Part shown: positions 43,486 to 52,744 of the stretch, piece by piece
Position numbering within the stretch: the stretch's first letter is position 1
Layout: each line of letters opens with the position of its first letter
From: Candidatus Saccharimonadia bacterium
Lineage (GTDB): Bacteria > Patescibacteriota > Saccharimonadia > UBA4664
Length of the DNA stretch: 64,000 bases
Assembly: GCA_035544015.1 (NCBI GenBank)
Contig: DATKIP010000093.1
Span: 129,156-193,155, forward strand
Direction of reading: 5' to 3'
Position numbers and translations under genes: made by a program
The notes under the pieces: model-generated
Seen by the model: only the letters and a program-made list of their open reading frames with translations
Databases searched by the model: none
What the model was told of the DNA's origin: nothing

Positions 43486-44102
43486 TGGCACGCAACCTTA
43501 CCCCGATCGTTAAGCTCAGCCGCCGCGAAGCCGTGGCCTTGCACCCCAAGGCCATCAAGGGCATCACCAAGCACCCCTACAAGCCGGGTCAGCACGGTCC
43601 CAACGCTGGCCGCTCCAAGCCCAGCCAGTACTCGCTCCAGCTACGCCAAAAGCAGATGGTCAAACGCATGTACGGCTTGCTCGAAAAGCAATTTGCCAAA
43701 GTCGTCCACGAGGCCGAGCGCCGCACCGGTAACTCCGGCGACATCATGCTCACCTTGCTCGAGCAGCGCTTCGACAACGCCGTCTACCGCCTCGGCATCG
43801 CCCCCAGCCGCCAATCGGCTCGTCAGCTCGTCACCCACGGCCATTTCATGCTCAACGGCCGCCGCGTCGACATCCCCTCCATCATCCTCAAACCCGGCGA
43901 CGAATTTTCTGTGCGGCCCAAGAGTGCTGCAAACGCCTACTTCAAACAGCTCGGTACTGACCTCGGCGGTTCTTCCGCCCAGGTGCGGTGGCTCAGCTTC
44001 GATGCCAAAAAACTCTCCGGAAAAGTCACCGGGCTCCCTGCCCGCGAGGACATTACCGAAGAGATCCATGAACAGCTTATTATCGAATTTTACTCAAGGT
44101 AA
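43485..44102 (+). CDS. rpsD: 30S ribosomal protein S4
   Basis: [17 protein letters not shown]. Confidence 0.96.
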   Translation: MARNLTPIVKLSRREAVALHPKAIKGITKHPYKPGQHGPNAGRSKPSQYSLQLRQKQMVKRMYGLLEKQFAKVVHEAERRTGNSGDIMLTLLEQRFDNAVYRLGIAPSRQSARQLVTHGHFMLNGRRVDIPSIILKPGDEFSVRPKSAANAYFKQLGTDLGGSSAQVRWLSFDAKKLSGKVTGLPAREDITEEIHEQLIIEFYSR

Positions 44103-44117
44103 GGAAGGACTAATTAA

Positions 44118-45056
44118 GTGTTACACCCGATTCAGCTCCCTGAGCTCAAGCCCACACGCGAAGACGGCAACAAGGCCACCTTCGCGGTCGAACCGCTGCA
44201 CTCCGGCTACGGCATGACGCTCGGCAACAGTCTGCGCCGCGTCATCCTCTCGAGCCTTGGTGGCGCCGCCGTCACGGCCGTCAAGATCGACAGCGTTGCC
44301 CACGAATTCTCTACGATCGAAGGCGTCAAGGAAGACGTCGTCGAGATCATCCTCAACCTCAAGAAACTCCGCTTCCGCGTATTTTCCGACGAGCCGCAGT
44401 TCCTCGTGCTCACCGCCTCCGGCAAAGGCGAGGTAAAGGCTGGTGACATCAAGACCACCGCCGACGTCGAGATCGTTAACCCCGACCAGGTCATCGCCAC
44501 TCTCGACACCGACAAGACCAAGCTCGGTATGGAAATCAAGGTCGAAAAGGGCCGCGGCTACGTGCCGGTCGAGAACCGCGAAGCCGAGAAGCTCGAAGTC
44601 GGCATGATCGCCGTCGACGCGCTCTACTCACCGGTCGTCCGCGTGCGCTACAACGTCGAAAACACCCGCGTCGGCCAGATGACCGACCTCGACCGCCTCG
44701 TTATGGAAATCGAGACCGACGGCACCATCACCCCAGCCGAGGCCATCCGCCAGGCTGCTGACATCCTCGTGGATCACTTCCGCGTGGTCGCCGGCAACTT
44801 CTCCGCCGAAGACACCGGCACCATCATCGGTGGCACTGCCGAATCCGGCTCAGCCAAGATCAACATCGAAGAGATCAATCTCTCGCCGCGCACCACCAAC
44901 GCGCTCATCAATAACGACATTAAGTCCGTCAAGGACCTCCTCAAGCTGTCCGACACCGAACTGCGCGAGCTCAAAGGTTTCGGCTCTAAGGCCTACGAAG
45001 AGGTCAAAGAAAAAATTGCCGAACTCGGCATCTCGGACGCGGAGAAGGTAGCCTAG
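44118..45056 (+). CDS. rpoA: DNA-directed RNA polymerase alpha subunit
   Basis: 312 aa, alpha-NTD/CTD. Confidence 0.96.
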   Translation: MLHPIQLPELKPTREDGNKATFAVEPLHSGYGMTLGNSLRRVILSSLGGAAVTAVKIDSVAHEFSTIEGVKEDVVEIILNLKKLRFRVFSDEPQFLVLTASGKGEVKAGDIKTTADVEIVNPDQVIATLDTDKTKLGMEIKVEKGRGYVPVENREAEKLEVGMIAVDALYSPVVRVRYNVENTRVGQMTDLDRLVMEIETDGTITPAEAIRQAADILVDHFRVVAGNFSAEDTGTIIGGTAESGSAKINIEEINLSPRTTNALINNDIKSVKDLLKLSDTELRELKGFGSKAYEEVKEKIAELGISDAEKVA

Positions 45057-45057
45057 T

Positions 45058-45549
45058 ATGCACCGCCATAGTTACACAGGAAGGAAATTGCAGCTCGCGG
45101 CCGGTCCGCGCCGCGCCCTCGTGCGCGGGCAGCTCACCTCGCTTACGCTTCACGAAGCCATTACCACCACACTGCCCAAGGCCAAAGAAGTCGCACCAGC
45201 CTTTGAGCGCCTGGTAACCTATGCCAAAAAAGGCACTTTGGCCGGCGGCCGCTCGTTGCGCCGTGAACTGCTTACCGAAAACGCCGTCCAAAAAATGATC
45301 CAGGAACTCGCGCCGGCCTTCGAAAGCCGTCACGGCGGGTACACCCGGATCATCAAGCTCGCCAACCGCCTGGGCGACAATGCCCCCATGGCTCGCCTGG
45401 AATTGGTGCTCGACGACATCAAGCCGGCTGTGGTTGCTTCGGCAGCACCCGCCAAAGCCAAAACCAAGGCGCCGGCCAAGACCAAAGCCGCTGCAACGAA
45501 AAAGACTGCGGTAGCCGCCACCGCCACCAATGAGGCCCCCAATGCTTAA
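45058..45549 (+). CDS. rplQ: 50S ribosomal protein L17 (Ala/Lys-rich C-terminal tail)
   Basis: RKLQLAAGPRRALVRGQ...GGYTRIIKLANRLGD. Confidence 0.94.
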   Translation: MHRHSYTGRKLQLAAGPRRALVRGQLTSLTLHEAITTTLPKAKEVAPAFERLVTYAKKGTLAGGRSLRRELLTENAVQKMIQELAPAFESRHGGYTRIIKLANRLGDNAPMARLELVLDDIKPAVVASAAPAKAKTKAPAKTKAAATKKTAVAATATNEAPNA

Positions 45550-45976
45550 AACCTACTCACCCAAACCTAGCGAACTCACCCACGATTGGTACATCATCGA
45601 CGCCCAGGGCAAGACTCTCGGCCGGCTGGCCACGCTCGTCGCCACCTATTTGCTGGGTAAGCACAGAGTGCAATTTAGCCCCCACCTCGACTGCGGCGAC
45701 AACATCGTCATCATCAACGCCGCCCAAATTGCCGTCACCGGCAACAAACTGACCGACAAAAAATACTACCACCACTCGGGCTACCCCGGCGGCATCAAAG
45801 AAACCTCGCTGGCTGAGCTCATTAGCCGCAACCCGGCCGCGGCCCTCGAAAAAGCCGTCACCGGCATGCTGCCCAAAAACAAGCTCACCGACGACCGCCT
45901 GCGCCGCCTCAAGGTCTACGCCGGCGCCGAACACCCGCACGCGGGCCAGAACCCTAAACCACTTGGAGATAACTAA
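45542..45976 (+). CDS. rplM: 50S ribosomal protein L13
   Basis: MLKTYSPKPSELTHDWYIIDA.GKTLGRLA. Confidence 0.95.
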   Translation: MLKTYSPKPSELTHDWYIIDAQGKTLGRLATLVATYLLGKHRVQFSPHLDCGDNIVIINAAQIAVTGNKLTDKKYYHHSGYPGGIKETSLAELISRNPAAALEKAVTGMLPKNKLTDDRLRRLKVYAGAEHPHAGQNPKPLGDN

Positions 45977-46374
45977 TGGCTGACGCTACCCACTATCATT
46001 ACGCCCGTGGTCGCCGCAAAGAGGCCATTGCTACGGTACGGCTCTACCCCGGCAAGGGCGAAATCGTCGTCGGCGATAAGACCGCTGCCGATTACTTCAA
46101 CAACGACGCACTCGTAACCGTCGTCGAGCAGCCCATCAAGCTGGCCGGCCAGGAGCAAAAGCTCCGCGTGAGCCTGCACGTCAAAGGCGGCGGCAAGCGC
46201 GGCCAAGCCGAAGCTGCCCAGCTCGCCATCGCCCGCGCCCTCAATGTGATGAGCGAAGACCTGCGCCCCACCCTCAAGAAAGCCGGCTTCCTCACCCGCG
46301 ATCCCCGCGAAAAAGAGCGCATGAAGCCCGGCCTCAAGAAGGCCCGCAAGGCTTCGCAGTTCTCCAAGCGCTAG
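45976..46374 (+). CDS. rpsI: 30S ribosomal protein S9
   Basis: ends ..KARKASQFSKR. Confidence 0.96.
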   Translation: MADATHYHYARGRRKEAIATVRLYPGKGEIVVGDKTAADYFNNDALVTVVEQPIKLAGQEQKLRVSLHVKGGGKRGQAEAAQLAIARALNVMSEDLRPTLKKAGFLTRDPREKERMKPGLKKARKASQFSKR

Positions 46375-46378
46375 TCGA

Positions 46379-47689
46379 GTGAAGTTCTACGCCCTCGGTA
46401 ACCCCCGCGACTCCGCCACCTTTCGGGAGGCCGTCGAGCGAGGATTAGCCAAAAACGGAAGTCTCTATTTCCCAACGCGTATCCCTAAGCTCTCGCGCCC
46501 GCAGCTCGAGAGCTTAGTTGATGCTACGCCGTCCGAAGTTGCCTATGTGTTGCTCTCGGCCTGGCTCGGCGACGAACTAGCCGAAGCCAACCTCCGCTCC
46601 ATCATCGCCCAAGCCTGCACCTTCGAGGTGCCGGTAGTACAGGTGGGGCCCAAGGAAGTTCTGGAGGTGTTCCACGGCCCCACTGCTGCCTTCAAAGATG
46701 TCGCCGCTCGCTACTTGGCCGCCTTTATGGGCTTTTACGGAGCCGAAAACGGCCATACCAGCATCGTCCTCGTAGCGACCAGCGGCGACACCGGCGGCGC
46801 CATCGCCCAGGGATTTGCCGGCATCCCTGACACACATGTTGTGGTGCTATTTCCTCGTGGCCGCGTTAGCCAGCTCCAACGCGAACAACTCACCCGAGTA
46901 GCCGCCAACATCACGAGCCTCGAGGTAGAAGGCAGCTTCGACGACTGCCAAGACCTGGTAAAGCGCGCCCTAAACGATCCATCACTTAGCCAGCTCCACC
47001 TCACCACGGCCAACTCCATCAGCATCGGCCGACTGCTACCCCAGATAACCTACTACGTTACCGGGTCGCTGGCAGCCGGCGGCCTCCACCGGCCGCTGCG
47101 CTTCGTGGTACCCTCTGGCAACCTCGGCAACCTCACCGCCGGCACCCTCGCTCGCGCCATGGGCGCGCCGATCACCTCATTCTTAGCGGCCAACAACGCC
47201 AACAACCTGCTCCACCGCTATCTCCAGTCGCCCGAGGCCGGCACTCGTCCGGTGCAGGCCACGTTCGCCAATGCCATGGACGTGGGCCGCCCGGGCAACC
47301 TCCCGCGTCTCGCTCAGGTCTTTGGCGACCACCATAGCCAGCTCACCGCCGCCGTCACCGGGGCCACCATCACCGATGCCGAAATTATCGCCACCATCCA
47401 AAAGGTATGGACGGAGCACCACTATCTTCTCGATCCGCACACCGCCGTAGCCTGGGCCGCCAGCGACGCCCACCCGGCCGCAGCCGCCACCGATGTGATC
47501 GTGGCCACTGCCGCCCCGCAAAAATTCGCCAGCGAAATCGAAGCCCTGTGCGGCATTCCAGTCGACAACACCCAACTTTTGCAACAATTGCAGCACATCC
47601 CGGTGCGCTTCCAGGCCATGCCAAACAGCTATCAAGCCCTACTCGACGTGCTCGCGTCCGTCTCGCCGCACGCGCCCTCCACCTTATAG
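46379..47689 (+). CDS. thrC: threonine synthase
   Basis: FHGPTAAFKDVAARYLA, ATSGDTGGAIAQGFAG (PLP-binding), 436 aa. Confidence 0.9.
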   Translation: MKFYALGNPRDSATFREAVERGLAKNGSLYFPTRIPKLSRPQLESLVDATPSEVAYVLLSAWLGDELAEANLRSIIAQACTFEVPVVQVGPKEVLEVFHGPTAAFKDVAARYLAAFMGFYGAENGHTSIVLVATSGDTGGAIAQGFAGIPDTHVVVLFPRGRVSQLQREQLTRVAANITSLEVEGSFDDCQDLVKRALNDPSLSQLHLTTANSISIGRLLPQITYYVTGSLAAGGLHRPLRFVVPSGNLGNLTAGTLARAMGAPITSFLAANNANNLLHRYLQSPEAGTRPVQATFANAMDVGRPGNLPRLAQVFGDHHSQLTAAVTGATITDAEIIATIQKVWTEHHYLLDPHTAVAWAASDAHPAAAATDVIVATAAPQKFASEIEALCGIPVDNTQLLQQLQHIPVRFQAMPNSYQALLDVLASVSPHAPSTL

Positions 47690-47788
47690 CTAAGCGCTAC
47701 AGTTAATGGTATAATAATCCTGCTTCTAGCAGCCCTGCCGCTGGATGAATTCTTGGTGACCTTCACAACTCACGGGGGTGGGACAGCT

Positions 47789-48427
47789 ATGACCAAATGG
47801 GATGCAAGGTGGCCCCGTCGCGCCGCCTGCAAAACTACCGAAACGGACACCATGTTTGCCCAAGGAGCGGCCCAGAATCGCGTCAAGCTGGTCTGTCTCG
47901 GCTGTCCGGTTCGAACTGAATGCTTGGCCGATGCTCTCGACAACCGCGTCGAATTTGGCGTCTGGGGTGGCAAGACCGAGCGCGAGCGCCGAGCAGTGTT
48001 GCGGCTAAACCCCGGTGTTCGCAGCTGGCGAGACGTGCTAGATGTTGCCCGTCGCCGCCACGAAGGCGAAGTAGACGCCCGTCTGCCCGAATACCCACCC
48101 GAACCGGCTCCGGTCCAGGACGAAAACCCGCCGCCAGCCAAGCCTCCACGGCCACCGTCATTGATCCCGCGTGGCTCACAAAGTGGGCGCGATCAGGCCG
48201 TGCTGGAATTCTTGCGAGACTGCTACCCGCCGAACCAGGAGCAGATGATGAGTACGGTCGCGACGGCCAAAAAACTCCACGTCGCGACCGTTACATTCCG
48301 AGCCGCCATCGCCAGCCTAGAAGCCCAGGGACTGATCACGTTTAGGCGCGGCTTCGGTCCACATCCCTCCCGCATCACCCTCCACTCCCAACCCGTCGTC
48401 ACCCGGGAAACTAGCCTATCCGGCTAA
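47789..48427 (+). CDS. whiB: WhiB-like [4Fe-4S] transcription regulator with long C-terminal extension (predicted winged-HTH)
   Basis: W..AAC..ETDTMF...KLVCLGCPVRTECLADAL...FGVWGGKTERER; TATAAT at 47710-47715. Confidence 0.8.
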   Translation: MTKWDARWPRRAACKTTETDTMFAQGAAQNRVKLVCLGCPVRTECLADALDNRVEFGVWGGKTERERRAVLRLNPGVRSWRDVLDVARRRHEGEVDARLPEYPPEPAPVQDENPPPAKPPRPPSLIPRGSQSGRDQAVLEFLRDCYPPNQEQMMSTVATAKKLHVATVTFRAAIASLEAQGLITFRRGFGPHPSRITLHSQPVVTRETSLSG

Positions 48428-48443
48428 CCACGTCCGCCGGTTC

Positions 48444-49517
48444 TTGTTCTCACAAAGGACAGGAACCGGCGGCGCCCGAGCGTTATTCCGTACCTCAGCC
48501 ATAAGCGCTATAATTACTCCAGTGAATCAGCACAATCAGCGGACCATCCGCGGCCTTATCATTTTCGCCGTCAGTATCGGATTGCTTGGTACTCTCGGTT
48601 TTTCGCACTTCGCTCACTTGTCGGTGGGTGAAGCTATTTATGAGACATTTATCATTCTGCTTACCCATTACGATCACTACGGGTTCACCGATACCCCGTC
48701 CCGTCTGCTCGTAATCCTCCTCATTATCTCGAGTCTTGGACTGGTTGCGTATTTACTTAAGTGGCTGGCCGAATATATGATGGGCCTTAGTGATAACGTA
48801 CGCAGGTTGAGAGTGCAGGCAAAAGTCGAAAAACTAAAAAACCATTACATCGTGTGTGGACTCGGCCGAGTCGGCGCGCAAGTCGCAGGCGAAATGATGC
48901 ACGAAGGCGTATCATTTGTGGGACTCGACCGCGACGAGGGCAAAGTGGCTGATGCGTTGGGGCGCGGCCAGATGGCTCTCGCCCTCGATAGCACGGTCGA
49001 AGAAGTGCTCACGTCGGTAGGCATTCAAAAAGCCGCCGGCCTCGTAGCCTGCTTGGGCGAAGATTCCCTCAACCTGTTTGTGGTGCTGGCGGCCCGCTCG
49101 CTCAACCCCAACCTCTACATTGTGGCCCGCGCCAACCGCCCCGAGAATGAAATCAAGCTCAAGCACGCCGGCGCCAATCGTGTTGCCATGCCATATCAGA
49201 TCGGTGGCTACCACATGGCCTCCATGGCGTTACGCCCGAACGTGGTCGACTACATGGACGTCATGACGGGCAAAAACGGCCTTACCGAGCTCGAAGTCGA
49301 AGAAATGGTAGTGGGGGAGCACTCGCAACTAGCCGGCCATCGCCTCGGAAAAACCCTAGCCGAAGGCGAAATCGGAGCCACCGTCATCGCTATCAACGGC
49401 ATCGATGGCACAAGCCGCGTGCGACCTACCGGCAAGGAGGTCATATACCCCGGCGACCGGCTCATCATACTTGGAGCCAAACGCGACCTCACACGAGCCT
49501 CGGAGCTCATCAGATGA
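48444..49517 (+). CDS. RCK/TrkA-domain potassium-channel family protein (start uncertain)
   Basis: N-terminal 2TM+pore-like region, then TrkA-N (IVCGLGRVGAQVA) and TrkA-C domains. Confidence 0.7.
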   Translation: MFSQRTGTGGARALFRTSAISAIITPVNQHNQRTIRGLIIFAVSIGLLGTLGFSHFAHLSVGEAIYETFIILLTHYDHYGFTDTPSRLLVILLIISSLGLVAYLLKWLAEYMMGLSDNVRRLRVQAKVEKLKNHYIVCGLGRVGAQVAGEMMHEGVSFVGLDRDEGKVADALGRGQMALALDSTVEEVLTSVGIQKAAGLVACLGEDSLNLFVVLAARSLNPNLYIVARANRPENEIKLKHAGANRVAMPYQIGGYHMASMALRPNVVDYMDVMTGKNGLTELEVEEMVVGEHSQLAGHRLGKTLAEGEIGATVIAINGIDGTSRVRPTGKEVIYPGDRLIILGAKRDLTRASELIR

Positions 49518-50440
49518 CTCTGGAGGCCTTTACCGTCACCCCCAGAGCCGCCAACGAGCGGCTCGATGTGTATTTAGCGCAGCAAACCACACGCCCCCGG
49601 AGCCAGATCCAGCGGCTGGTGAAAGCCGGGTTGGTGCTGGTAAATGATCGCCCCCAGCGCGCAAGCTACGCAGTGCAGGCGGGGGACAAACTCACGGTAG
49701 GGGAGACCTCCGCGCCAACCGGCCGCCCCTCAGCGCCCGATCTGCCCATCATCTACGAAGACGACGACCTGTTCGTAGTCGACAAACCGGCCGGCCTCCT
49801 CGTGCATCCCGGCGCCGGCAGTGGCCAGGCCGCCAGCGTGGCCGACTTTGCCCGCCCCCGCACCACCGATCCCGATGCCGAGCGGCCGGGCATTGTGCAC
49901 CGGCTCGATCGTGATACATCCGGTCTGCTCATTATTGCCAAAACCCTCGAAGCCAAAGCCTTTCTGCAGGACGCCTTCAAGCGCCGCCAGATACACAAGA
50001 CCTACCAACTACTCGTAGTAGGGCTGCCGTCGCACGAGGAGGCCACTATCAAGCTGCCGTTAGGCCGCCACCCAGCACATCCATTGCGGCAGACCGTGGT
50101 GAGCGGCGGCCGCGAAGCCGCTACCAGCTACCGGCTGGTGCGCAGCTTTCCAGGATTTGCGCTCCTAGAAGCCCAGCCGCAGTCCGGCCGCACACACCAG
50201 CTGCGGGTTCACTTTGCCGCTCTGGGGCACCCTGTGGCCGGCGATACCGCCTACGGCGTCCCGCGGCGGCCCCTCGGCCTGCGACGGCAATTTCTGCATG
50301 CCGCCGGGCTCCAATTTACCGCTCCCTCGGGCCGGGAGCTCCAACTCCACAGCCCACTGCCCACGGACCTCGCCGCCGCGCTTGCCCGCCTAGAATCATC
50401 CGCCGAAGCCGCGCCCAGTCCCACGGGAGACCAGTTATGA
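49514..50440 (+). CDS. rluD: RluA-family 23S rRNA pseudouridine synthase (RluD-like, S4 domain)
   Basis: S4 domain N-terminus; HRLDRDTSGLLIIAKT catalytic motif. Confidence 0.85.
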   Translation: MTLEAFTVTPRAANERLDVYLAQQTTRPRSQIQRLVKAGLVLVNDRPQRASYAVQAGDKLTVGETSAPTGRPSAPDLPIIYEDDDLFVVDKPAGLLVHPGAGSGQAASVADFARPRTTDPDAERPGIVHRLDRDTSGLLIIAKTLEAKAFLQDAFKRRQIHKTYQLLVVGLPSHEEATIKLPLGRHPAHPLRQTVVSGGREAATSYRLVRSFPGFALLEAQPQSGRTHQLRVHFAALGHPVAGDTAYGVPRRPLGLRRQFLHAAGLQFTAPSGRELQLHSPLPTDLAAALARLESSAEAAPSPTGDQL

Positions 50441-51336
50441 CGACGAAACTCCTCCTTCACCCGCACACCGCTGCCAATCTTGCCACCTTCGCCGGCGCCG
50501 CGGGTGGCAGCGCCATATTTCATGGCGCGCCGGGTCTCGGCAAGTCCGCAGCCGTCCGCGAGCTCGCTATGCGCCTCAACTGCCTCGGCGACGAGGCCGG
50601 CCCCTGCGCCCACTGCCGCGCGATCGTCGCCGGCAACTTCCCCGATCTGTTGTGGCTCGACCGCGGCGACAAGGCCAGTCTGGGCATCGAGGCCGTTCGC
50701 GGTCTCACCGCCGAGCTGGGGCTACGGCCCTATCGCGCGGCCGCCGTGCGGATGGTCGGTATCCCCGACGCTCAGCTGCTCACTCCCGAAGCCCAAAACG
50801 CCCTCCTGAAGCTCCTCGAAGAACCACCTCCAGCCACCCTCATCATCCTCACCACCACCCGGGTGGAGGCATTACTGCTCACAGTGCGCTCGCGCTGCCG
50901 CCTAGTGCATTTTGTAGCACCCGGCGAAACGGCCGTTGCCACCCTGCTCACGAGTACCCATGGCGTCCCCGGAGCCACCGCCCAGCAGCTCGCGACCGCC
51001 GCCGGGGGAGCGCCCGGTACCGCCATCGCGCTCGTCGAGCACCCCGAAACTGCGCAGGCACTCCTCGAGCTTACGCGCCAAGCCGATGCCATTGCGTCGC
51101 ACAGCCTGTTTGAACGCCTGCTCCTAGCCGCCCGATTGGCCGCACCGGGTACCGATCTGGAGCAATTCGGCTCCGCCCTCCATCGCCGCCTCATCGCCGC
51201 CACTGCAAACGGCACGCTCGGCCCCGCGCAAGCCGCCGTCCAACTCGGCGCCCTCGAGCGCTTCCGCCGCGGGCTCCAGGCCAAAATGGCGCCGCGGGTC
51301 GCGCTCGAGCGGCTCATGCTGGAGCTTGGCCAGTGA
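50437..51336 (+). CDS. holB: DNA polymerase III delta' subunit
   Basis: FHGAPGLGKSAAVRELAMRLNC....CAHCRAI..NFPDL, LLKLLEEPP. Confidence 0.85.
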   Translation: MTTKLLLHPHTAANLATFAGAAGGSAIFHGAPGLGKSAAVRELAMRLNCLGDEAGPCAHCRAIVAGNFPDLLWLDRGDKASLGIEAVRGLTAELGLRPYRAAAVRMVGIPDAQLLTPEAQNALLKLLEEPPPATLIILTTTRVEALLLTVRSRCRLVHFVAPGETAVATLLTSTHGVPGATAQQLATAAGGAPGTAIALVEHPETAQALLELTRQADAIASHSLFERLLLAARLAAPGTDLEQFGSALHRRLIAATANGTLGPAQAAVQLGALERFRRGLQAKMAPRVALERLMLELGQ

Positions 51337-51965
51337 TCGAGCTCACCATCGTAGTCGGCAGTTGGCTCGTCTTGCAGCGACAATTGGCCGCGCTCAGCCA
51401 AGGCCCGGCGCCGGTACTCGCTCCCAAACGCCCCAACGCGCAGCTAGCTCAGCTCGCCTCGTACGCCGACCGGCTCTATACCGAGCGCAAATGGCTCGCC
51501 GCCGAAAAAGCCTACCTCAACGTGCTCAAACTCGACCACAAAAACGTTACCGCCTACGTTCACCTCGGCATTATCTACTCCACCCAAAAAAACATGCCCG
51601 ACGCCATCGAATGCTTCACTATTTCCGCTAGGCTTCGACCATCGGGCAGCTCATTCCAGAATTTAGCCCTCGCGTTCTATGATAATCGCAACTACATCAA
51701 ATCAATCGCTGCCTACGAGAAAGCCATTATGTTCGAACCCCACACCCAGCGCTACGTTGGCCTCGGCAAAGCCCAGCTCAAACTGCACAATCTGGCCGCC
51801 GCCATCGAGGCCTTCGAGCACGCCGCCGAGCTTGATCCCTCGGCCCGCACCCTCCAGCGCCTGGCCGAGGCCTACGACGAGGCCGGCCGCAAGACCGACG
51901 CCGAGACCACCTACCAGCACATTCACGATCTCGATTCTGCTCTCCAACCTGCTCAAAAGCCTTGA
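51333..51965 (+). CDS. tetratricopeptide-repeat protein
   Basis: repeated AYxxLGxxYxxxxxxxxAIxxF TPR units. Confidence 0.6.
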   Translation: MIELTIVVGSWLVLQRQLAALSQGPAPVLAPKRPNAQLAQLASYADRLYTERKWLAAEKAYLNVLKLDHKNVTAYVHLGIIYSTQKNMPDAIECFTISARLRPSGSSFQNLALAFYDNRNYIKSIAAYEKAIMFEPHTQRYVGLGKAQLKLHNLAAAIEAFEHAAELDPSARTLQRLAEAYDEAGRKTDAETTYQHIHDLDSALQPAQKP

Positions 51966-52048
51966 AAGCCGAGCATTAAGCTGTTACTATATCCAAGTTG
52001 AAAATGCTCAACACGTGAGTAAATGCGTGATAGCGATGGAGTAATCGT

Positions 52049-52123
52049 GCCGACGTGGCTCAACGGTAGAGCAACAGTTTTGTAAACTGTAGGTTGCGGG
52101 TTCGATTCCTGTCGTCGGCTCCA
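52049..52123 (+). tRNA. tRNA-Thr (anticodon UGU)
   Basis: acceptor GCCGACG/CGTCGGC, anticodon loop UUUGUAA, GGTTCGATTCC T-loop, encoded CCA. Confidence 0.8.
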
Positions 52124-52132
52124 TTTTACCCT

Positions 52133-52218
52133 GCCGGGTTACTCAAGTGGCCAACGAGGGCTGACTGTAAATCAGCTGGCATTAGCCTTCGGGAGTTCGA
52201 ATCTCTCACCCGGCACCA
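52133..52218 (+). tRNA. tRNA-Tyr (anticodon GUA), long variable arm
   Basis: acceptor GCCGGGT/ACCCGGC, anticodon loop CUGUAAA, 86 nt with CCA. Confidence 0.8.
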
Positions 52219-52224
52219 GTTTAG

Positions 52225-52299
<75 letters not shown>

Positions 52300-52336
52300 T
52301 TTAGTAATACAAACTTTAGGATTAATCGAAAGCTCC

Positions 52337-52534
52337 ATGAAGCGCCTCGTACTCAACCAACACGATAAAAAACTCACCGGCCTCTGCGCCGGGCTGGCCG
52401 ACTATTTTGAGGTTGACGTCACCATCGTGCGTTTGCTGGTGCTGACCGTTGTCATCATGACGGGTGTGGTGCCAGGCTTCCTGGTTTATCTCATCGCCTC
52501 AGCCATCACCCCCAAAGAAGGAGAAGTAAAGTAA
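52337..52534 (+). CDS. PspC-domain membrane protein (65 aa)
   Basis: KKLTGLCAGLADYFEVDVTIVRLLVL PspC motif. Confidence 0.7.
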   Translation: MKRLVLNQHDKKLTGLCAGLADYFEVDVTIVRLLVLTVVIMTGVVPGFLVYLIASAITPKEGEVK

Positions 52535-52695
52535 TGCCCAAGCGCAACCGTCCGTTCATCACGCTGCGTTCCGAGGAAGACCCCACTATGGTCTACACCA
52601 CCTCCAAAAACCCCAAAAACACCACCGCCCGCATCACGGCCCGGAAATATTCCAAGCTGTTGCGCAAAGTAGTGCTCTTCAAAGAAGCTAAATAA
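52534..52695 (+). CDS. rpmG: 50S ribosomal protein L33 (53 aa; absent from ORF track)
   Basis: MPKRNRPFITLRSEEDPTMVYTTSKNPKNTTARITARKYSKLLRKVVLFKEAK; TAATG overlap with upstream stop. Confidence 0.85.
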   Translation: MPKRNRPFITLRSEEDPTMVYTTSKNPKNTTARITARKYSKLLRKVVLFKEAK

Positions 52696-52744
52696 CGGCT
52701 TCGCCAATCTACAAGGGGCTGCAGTTGCGGTCCTTTTTGGTGCT

